Assembly (NCBI GenBank): GCA_035248905.1
Contig: DATFGX010000016.1
Coordinates: forward strand, 91,022 to 155,021
DNA length: 64,000 nucleotides
Reading direction: 5' to 3'
From: Blastocatellia bacterium
Lineage (GTDB): Bacteria; Acidobacteriota; Blastocatellia; UBA7656
Shown: positions 58,290-64,000 of the stretch, one piece after another
Layout of the letters: each line of letters begins with the position of its first letter
Numbering within the stretch: position 1 is the first letter of the stretch
Translations under genes and position numbers: made by a program
The notes under the pieces: generated by a model
Told to the model about the DNA's origin: nothing
Database searches by the model: none
The model's input: the letters and a program-made list of their open reading frames with translations, nothing else

Positions 58290-58430
58290 GAGCGCAATGT
58301 TTATAGTCGGCCGGTTTGTAGTTTGATCAAGCTCCGTCAGGAGCGGCATATTGACATTGCGCCCCTACGGGGCTTGTGATTTTTCTCGACCGCACCAACT
58401 ATAAACATTGCGTCCCTAACGGGACTGGAA
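58290..58430. repeat. REP-like intergenic element: 14-bp inverted repeat (CGCAATGTTTATAG / CTATAAACATTGCG) and four short GC hairpins with tetraloops
   Basis: CGCTCC-GTAG-GAGCG, GCTCC-GTCA-GGAGC, CCCC-TACG-GGGC, TCCC-TAAC-GGGA, plus repeated ATTGCG motifs. Confidence 0.5.
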
Positions 58431-58437
58431 GCTCACG

Positions 58438-60099
58438 ATGAAAAGATTCTGGTTCGCGCTCGTCATCCTCTCCGCCCTCTGCTGCGCCGCATTCGTCGGC
58501 GTCGCGCCGGCGCAGCAAAGCAATGGCTCACAGCCGGCGACTGCCGCAGTCACAAAGCCCCTTGAAGAGATGGTGGCGATGCGTGACGGCGTGCACCTGT
58601 CAACCAGCATCTACCTGCCCGAAGGCAAGGGACCATTCCCTGTGGTGCTGGTCCGTACGCCTTACGGCAAAGGGACGCAGGCCGTCGGCTACGCGGCGTG
58701 GACGAAGCGCGGCTTCGCGCTGGTCACGCAGGACGTGCGCGGCAAGGGCAAGAGCGAAGGCCCGTACCGCCCGTTCGTGGACGACGCCAACGATGGCCTT
58801 GATTCGGTCGAGTGGATTGCCAAGCAGCCGTGGTCGAACGGCAAAGTCGGCATGTTCGGCGCTTCAGCGATGGGCATCACGGCGAATCTGGCGGCGATGA
58901 TGAACCCGCCGCATCTGGTCGCCACCTTTGTGATGGTGGCGCGGTCGAGCATCTACACGCAGTCGGCTTTCATGGGCGGCGTCTTTCGCAAAGAGCTGAA
59001 CGAAATCTGGCTCAAGCGCCAGGGCGCGATGGACGTGCTTGAAGAGACCTTCAAGCACAACGTCTACGATCATTTTTATGACCTCGCCGAAATGCCGCTC
59101 TACTGGGACAAGATCAAGGTGCCGGTCTACAACTATGGCGGCTGGTACGACATCTTCGCGCAGGGCAACATCGACAACTTCGTCGGCCAGCAAGCGCAGG
59201 GCGGGGGGCTGGCGGCGGGCAATCAGAAGCTGATGATGGGGCCGTGGGGCCACGGGCAGATCGAAGAGATCAAGTACCCGGCGAACTCTGTAGTGAGTGC
59301 TACAGATGAAGCCTTGCGCTGGTTCGACTACTGGCTGCAAGGCAAAGACAACGGCATCATGGACGAGCCGCCGGTGAAGTATTACGTGATGGGTGACGTC
59401 ACGGACGCGAAAGCGCCGGGCAACGAATGGCGCACCGCCACCAGTTGGCCCGTGCCCGCAAAGACGACTTCGTACTTTCTCACGGCGGGCGGCGGCCTGA
59501 GCGACAAGCTGCCGGGAACGGGCGAGAGCCTAGACACCTACAAGTACGACCCCAAGAATCCCGTGCCGACCATCGGCGGCGCGAACCTCAACATCAAGAA
59601 AGGCCCGATGGATCAGCGCGCCGTAGGCACTCGGCAAGACCTGCTGAAATTCATGACGCCGGCGCTCGACACGCCCGTTGAAGTGACGGGCCGCGTTAAA
59701 GTCGAGCTGTGGGCCGAATCCGATGCCGCGGACACGGACTTCATGGCGAAGCTGGTGGATGTTTATCCGGATGGCACCGAGCGGCTGGTGTTAGATTCGG
59801 CGGTGCGGGCGCGCTTCCGCGAAGGCTTCGACCACGAAGTGTTCATGAAGAAGGGCGAAGTCTATCGCTTGACGATTGACCTCTGGTCAACCAGCATCAT
59901 CTTCAACAAAGGCCACCGCATCGCGATTCACGTCAGCAGCTCGAACGACCCGCGCTTCGACCCGAACCCGAATACCGGCAAGCCCTTGCGCGCCGACAAT
60001 GAGACGCGCGTGGCGACCAACACGATCCACCACGACCGCGCGCACCCGTCGCGCGCCTTGCTACCGATTGTCCCGGTTTACAACAGCAAGCGGCCATAA
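58438..60099 (+). CDS. secreted CocE/NonD-family hydrolase (peptidase S15, Xaa-Pro dipeptidyl-peptidase-like)
   Basis: Signal peptide; conserved S15 N-terminal region (PVVLVRTPYGKG) and nucleophile context (GMFGASAMG); C-terminal beta-sandwich domain. Confidence 0.8.
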   Translation: MKRFWFALVILSALCCAAFVGVAPAQQSNGSQPATAAVTKPLEEMVAMRDGVHLSTSIYLPEGKGPFPVVLVRTPYGKGTQAVGYAAWTKRGFALVTQDVRGKGKSEGPYRPFVDDANDGLDSVEWIAKQPWSNGKVGMFGASAMGITANLAAMMNPPHLVATFVMVARSSIYTQSAFMGGVFRKELNEIWLKRQGAMDVLEETFKHNVYDHFYDLAEMPLYWDKIKVPVYNYGGWYDIFAQGNIDNFVGQQAQGGGLAAGNQKLMMGPWGHGQIEEIKYPANSVVSATDEALRWFDYWLQGKDNGIMDEPPVKYYVMGDVTDAKAPGNEWRTATSWPVPAKTTSYFLTAGGGLSDKLPGTGESLDTYKYDPKNPVPTIGGANLNIKKGPMDQRAVGTRQDLLKFMTPALDTPVEVTGRVKVELWAESDAADTDFMAKLVDVYPDGTERLVLDSAVRARFREGFDHEVFMKKGEVYRLTIDLWSTSIIFNKGHRIAIHVSSSNDPRFDPNPNTGKPLRADNETRVATNTIHHDRAHPSRALLPIVPVYNSKRP

Positions 60100-60276
60100 C
60101 CGTTTTGGGTTTGCAGTCGAGCTGATAGTCGAGTATGAATTACATCTGGCATGATCGTAATTCGACTCATCACGGCGTTCGTCCGGTGTGAGCTTCAGGT
60201 ATCATAAACGGCCCGCTCGGGGTTCATTCCGATTTTATTTCGTCCTGATCGCGCTGATGGAAGGCGGAGTAACCCG

Positions 60277-61677
60277 ATGGCGCAGATTTACCTCTCTTCG
60301 ACCTTTAGTGATCTAAAAGAATATCGAGACATCGTGTATCGCACGCTCAGGCAGATGCGCCATGATGTCGTCGCGATGGAAGACTACGTCGCCACCGACC
60401 AGCGGCCGCTGGCAAAGTGTCTGGCCGATGTCAGCCACTGCGACATCTATCTCTTAATTCTCGCCTGGCGCTATGGCTACGTCCCCAACCAGGATAACCC
60501 TGACAACCAATCGATCACCGAGATGGAGTTTCGCCATGCAGTACAGAAAGGCAAACCCTGTTTGGTCTTTCTGCTGGCTGAAGATTACCCATGGTCGCCT
60601 GTGAAGATGGAGAAGGGCGAAGGGGCCGAGAAGCTCCAGGCGCTGCGCGGCGAATTATGCGAGCGCTACACGGTCAGCTTCTTCCGCAGCGAGGATGAGC
60701 TGGGCAGGCTGGTCGGCGCCGCCGTCTCCCAATGCAACCCGGCAGCGGCGGCGCACGCCACGCCGGCGGGCGGCGCGCGCGTCGAGGTGAGCGCCGGGCG
60801 CGAGCCGCACCTCGGGCCGCTCGTCTCGAAGATGTGTGACCGCAGTCGTCAGACGACCGAGTTCATGGATTTTTTCCTGGGCAACCTGAAGGCGCACCGC
60901 GGCGTGCCGCAATTCTTCTTCGTTCACGGCGAGGAGCGCGAAGGCCACGACAGCTTTGTCGAGCGCCTGACTTACACACAGATCAAAGGCTATGCGGAGA
61001 AGCGCTGGGGCGAGCAGAAAGGCGTCGTGGCCTTCAAGAAGGTGGGCTGGAGTTATGACGGCAGCCCGGCAGAGCTGCGGCAGGAATTGAAACGCCTGTT
61101 GTTCGCCGAGTTTGACCCGGTGTATATGAGCGACGACCTGTCGGCCACCGCCCTGAGCCAGTTGGCAGCCAGGGCGCGGACGCCGCTGGTGGTGATTCAA
61201 CACCGGCTTTACGCGGCGCGCTGGAACCGCGCCGCCAGAGAGTTGCTCGAATGGTACTTGACCTATTGGACCGACATGAAAAGCAGCCCGGCGAGGCCGC
61301 AATTCCTGATCTTCCTGAGCGTCATCTATCCGCAGTCGCAGCCGCAGAACTGGTGGCGGAGATGGAAGACCGCCGGCGCGCCGGATAAGGAACGCATCGT
61401 CGCCGAGCTTCAGCAGATCAGCGGCTCAGGCAACGTCGGCTGCCCCTGCCTGCTGCTCAGAGAGCTGTTGCCGCTGCGGCCAGAGGAAGTGAAAGACTGG
61501 TTCAGCGCGCATAGCATTGATTCCGAGAAAATGCAGTACGAATGGCTCGCAAGGATCTTCAAAACCGGCGACGGGCGAGCCGCCGATTTCAAGAGCATGG
61601 CCGACGTCGAGGATGAACTACAAAGCCTCGTTGATGCCTTGAGGCAGACGACCATCAGCGCGCGGGGGAGGTTATGA
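60277..61677 (+). CDS. DUF4062 (TIR-like/STIR superfamily) domain protein with about 300-aa uncharacterised C-terminal region
   Basis: N-terminal 160 aa fit the DUF4062 pattern (IYLSSTFSDLKEYRD...MEDY...HCDIYLLILAWRYGYVP...SITEMEFRHAVQKGKPCLVFLL...KLQALRGEL); 4-nt ATGA overlap with the next gene. Confidence 0.55.
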   Translation: MAQIYLSSTFSDLKEYRDIVYRTLRQMRHDVVAMEDYVATDQRPLAKCLADVSHCDIYLLILAWRYGYVPNQDNPDNQSITEMEFRHAVQKGKPCLVFLLAEDYPWSPVKMEKGEGAEKLQALRGELCERYTVSFFRSEDELGRLVGAAVSQCNPAAAAHATPAGGARVEVSAGREPHLGPLVSKMCDRSRQTTEFMDFFLGNLKAHRGVPQFFFVHGEEREGHDSFVERLTYTQIKGYAEKRWGEQKGVVAFKKVGWSYDGSPAELRQELKRLLFAEFDPVYMSDDLSATALSQLAARARTPLVVIQHRLYAARWNRAARELLEWYLTYWTDMKSSPARPQFLIFLSVIYPQSQPQNWWRRWKTAGAPDKERIVAELQQISGSGNVGCPCLLLRELLPLRPEEVKDWFSAHSIDSEKMQYEWLARIFKTGDGRAADFKSMADVEDELQSLVDALRQTTISARGRL

Positions 61678-62669
61678 GCGAGGAGAAAGCCTTTCAATTG
61701 TATTCCGGCGAGGGCGTTGCCCTGGCCGAGCGAGGTCTGCGGCTGCCGCCCTTTGAACGGCTGGTGGGGCTGGACGACCCGGCGTATTACATCGCCGAAA
61801 AGGGACTGCGCGACGCCGTCAATGTGGCGCTGGCGCTGGGGCAGCCCTTGCTGGTCACAGGCGAGCCGGGCACAGGCAAGACGCAGCTCGCCTACAGCCT
61901 GGCTTTCGAACTCGGCCTGGCCGCGCCCCTCGTCAGCCAGACCAAGACGACTTCGACGTCGAAGGATCTGTTTTATCGTTATGACGCGTTGGGCCATTTT
62001 CATGACGCGCAGTTTCGCAAAGAAGCGACGCGCGTCGAAGACTACGTCGCTTATGAAGCGCTAGGGCTTGCCATCCTCTTATCTATGAGCCCGGCAGACG
62101 CCAACCGCCACCTGCCAGAGCGTCTGCGCGACCGCGGCCCGGCGCGCTCGGTCGTGCTCATCGATGAGATCGACAAGGCGCCGCGCGATCTGCCGAATGA
62201 CGTGTTGAACGAGATCGAAACGATGTCGTTCACGGTCAGAGAAACCGGCCAGACCTTTGTCGCGGATCAGCGCTACCGGCCCATTCTGGTGTTGACCAGC
62301 AACTCTGAGAAGAACCTGCCGGACGCCTTCTTACGCCGCTGCGTCTTCTACCACATCGCTTTCCCGGATCAGGAGCGATTGAAAAGGATCGTTCAAAGTC
62401 GCCTGCGTTTGCAGCCTGACTTCACCCCGCAGATGCTGGAGCACGCCATCCGTCACTTTGAAGAGATTCGCGAGATGGCGCTGAAAAAGAAGCCGGCGAC
62501 GGCAGAGTTTCTCGCCTGGGTGCAGATTCTGGAGAAGATGCGCCTGGATGTTGCCAACCTCAAGCCGGGCGAAGCCGAAGCCCTGGCCTTCAGCTATTCG
62601 ATCCTGGCCAAGAGCAAGGAGGATCGCGATATTTTATACCGCACCTTTGTCGAGCCGCAGAGCGCATAA
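61674..62669 (+). CDS. MoxR/AAA_5-like AAA+ ATPase
   Basis: Walker A GEPGTGKT, Walker B VVLIDEIDKA, sensor-2-like FLRRC; about 330 aa single AAA+ module; stop TAA directly abuts the next ATG. Confidence 0.75.
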   Translation: MSEEKAFQLYSGEGVALAERGLRLPPFERLVGLDDPAYYIAEKGLRDAVNVALALGQPLLVTGEPGTGKTQLAYSLAFELGLAAPLVSQTKTTSTSKDLFYRYDALGHFHDAQFRKEATRVEDYVAYEALGLAILLSMSPADANRHLPERLRDRGPARSVVLIDEIDKAPRDLPNDVLNEIETMSFTVRETGQTFVADQRYRPILVLTSNSEKNLPDAFLRRCVFYHIAFPDQERLKRIVQSRLRLQPDFTPQMLEHAIRHFEEIREMALKKKPATAEFLAWVQILEKMRLDVANLKPGEAEALAFSYSILAKSKEDRDILYRTFVEPQSA

Positions 62670-63990
62670 ATGGACGCTGTACCCGAACAGGCTGGCCCGC
62701 TGGCTTTCGGCGATTTCCTCGAATACCTGCGCCGACAAGGGTTCACCTTTGGCATTGATGACTACCTGCGCTTGCAGGAGCTGCTCAACAAGATGGGCGG
62801 CGATTGCGCCCCGGCAGATTTGAAGACCCGCCTGTGTCCGCTGCTGGCAACCAACCCCTTCGAGCAGGAACAGTTTTACGAAGCGTTCGATCAATATTTC
62901 GATCTCTTCCAAACCGCGCCGGCGGCTGCAAGCCGCCGCGCGCCTGATGTCCTGCCGGTCGCGCGCGACATCCCCCAACCTGCCCGCAAGCGAAAACTGC
63001 TTTATGTCTTGGCCGGTCTCCTGGCCGTGGCGCTTGTCATTGCAGGTGTGCTTTTCGTGAAGTCGCGGCGCACGGCTCCCAACGCGCAGGCGGATCTCAA
63101 CAATCTCTCTCCGCCGATGAATGCGCGCACAGACCCGAACGTCGCTGACTTCTCGCGGCGGGCAACGGCAAGCCTCCAGACGCAGAGTGAGGTTCAAGGA
63201 TATTTTTATCAGCGCTACGGCAGGGCGATCCATCTCAGCATGGTCGCTTTGCCGCTCCTCGGCTTTCTGATTTACGAATGGCATCGCTTCCGCCGTCGCA
63301 ACCTGTTGCTGGAAAAACAGCGCCTCAAAAAGCCGCCCTTCGTCTGGCCACTCAAGGTAGAAGCGCCGGCGGCCAGTCTCTACGATGCGCAGCAACTCCA
63401 CGCCGTCGCGCGGCGGATGCGGCAGCGACAACTGGGCGAGCTTGATCGGCTCGACGTTGCGGCGACAGTGACCGCGACAATTGCCGCCCGCGGTTATCCG
63501 AGCTTTCGCTATGCACGCGACAGCCGGACGCCTGAGTACCTGGTGCTCATCGACCGCTGTTCGTTCCGCGATCATCAAGCCCGACTCTTTGATGAGCTGG
63601 CGAAAGCCTTAGAGCGTGAGGGATTGTTTATCAGGCGCTACTTTTACGACACCGACCCGCGAGTCTGCTGGACCGAGACGGGGGCGAGCGTCGAGCTTGT
63701 CGAGCTACAGAATCGCTACGGCGAGCATCGGCTATTGATCTTCGGCGAGGGCGAGCGAATGATCGATCCGGTCACCGGCAAGCTGGAATCCTGGGCAACG
63801 ATCTTCGAAGAATGGCCTGAGCGGGCGCTGTTCACTCCGGAAGTGCCGTCGCAGTGGGGGCTGCGGGAGATCATCTTGGCCGAACCATTCGTTCTGCTGC
63901 CGGCCACCCTCGAAGGACTCCTGGCCGCCGTTGATTACTTCGAGCTGCCGGCGGCGACCGACCTGCGTGCCTGGCAAAGGGGCGCGGCTG
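62670..63990 (+). CDS. large hypothetical membrane protein (partial; continues beyond the window end)
   Basis: ATG directly after the TAA of the ATPase gene; no in-frame stop through the window end (more than 440 codons); predicted TM helices (LLYVLAGLLAVALVIAGVLFV and SMVALPLLGFLIYEW); not in the ORF track, probably because no stop codon falls within the window. Confidence 0.6.
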
Positions 63991-64000
63991 CTGCGCCGCC

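Overview
High-GC (about 65%) bacterial chromosomal segment, densely coding on both strands. The gene content (a carboxypeptidase-regulatory-like TonB-dependent receptor, many TPR and IPT/TIG secreted proteins, Tat-dependent redox enzymes) suggests an Acidobacteria-like soil organism; this is inference from gene families only.

Housekeeping and ordinary genes: the 3' part of prfB, a tandem-M16 zinc protease, ftsK, an MqnA/MqnD-like futalosine-pathway gene, a sulfate-permease cluster (sbp-cysT-cysW) that ends in a ModA-like binding protein with no ABC ATPase, pepP, a compact family-A DNA polymerase carrying 3'-5' exonuclease motifs but no 5'-3' exonuclease domain, RNase P RNA (rnpB, minus strand), a cyclophilin, an MFS transporter, a Ca2+/H+ exchanger, ugd, an enolase-superfamily dehydratase, a Tat-dependent molybdopterin oxidoreductase and an amidohydrolase, and an S15 (CocE/NonD) hydrolase.

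Accessory content, in decreasing order of interest:
1. A translationally coupled three-gene operon running off the window end: a DUF4062 (TIR-like) domain protein, a MoxR/AAA_5-like ATPase, and a large transmembrane protein. This is a candidate undescribed conflict or signalling system.
2. A minus-strand exopolysaccharide synthesis and export locus: deacetylase-like protein with IPT/TIG domain, GH5 hydrolase, a miniaturised TPR + beta-barrel outer-membrane protein, an NfrB/PgaC-like processive GT2 with QRxRW motif, and wecB. The architecture resembles NfrAB/WecB and Pga systems.
3. A low-GC (about 45%) island of roughly 2.4 kb holding an ECF sigma factor, a catalytically degenerate LytM membrane protein, and a 41-aa small ORF with a strong ribosome-binding site.
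4. A highly structured element of about 330 bp bounded by perfect 26-bp inverted repeats, which looks like a MITE or REP-type repeat.
5. A recurring class of intergenic palindromes built from short tandem repeat units.
6. An AT-rich intergenic region with three clustered DnaA-box motifs and a sigma70-like promoter overlapped by a perfect 16-bp palindrome.
7. A probable frameshifted small secreted gene.

No CRISPR array, tRNA, rRNA or transposase was detected.
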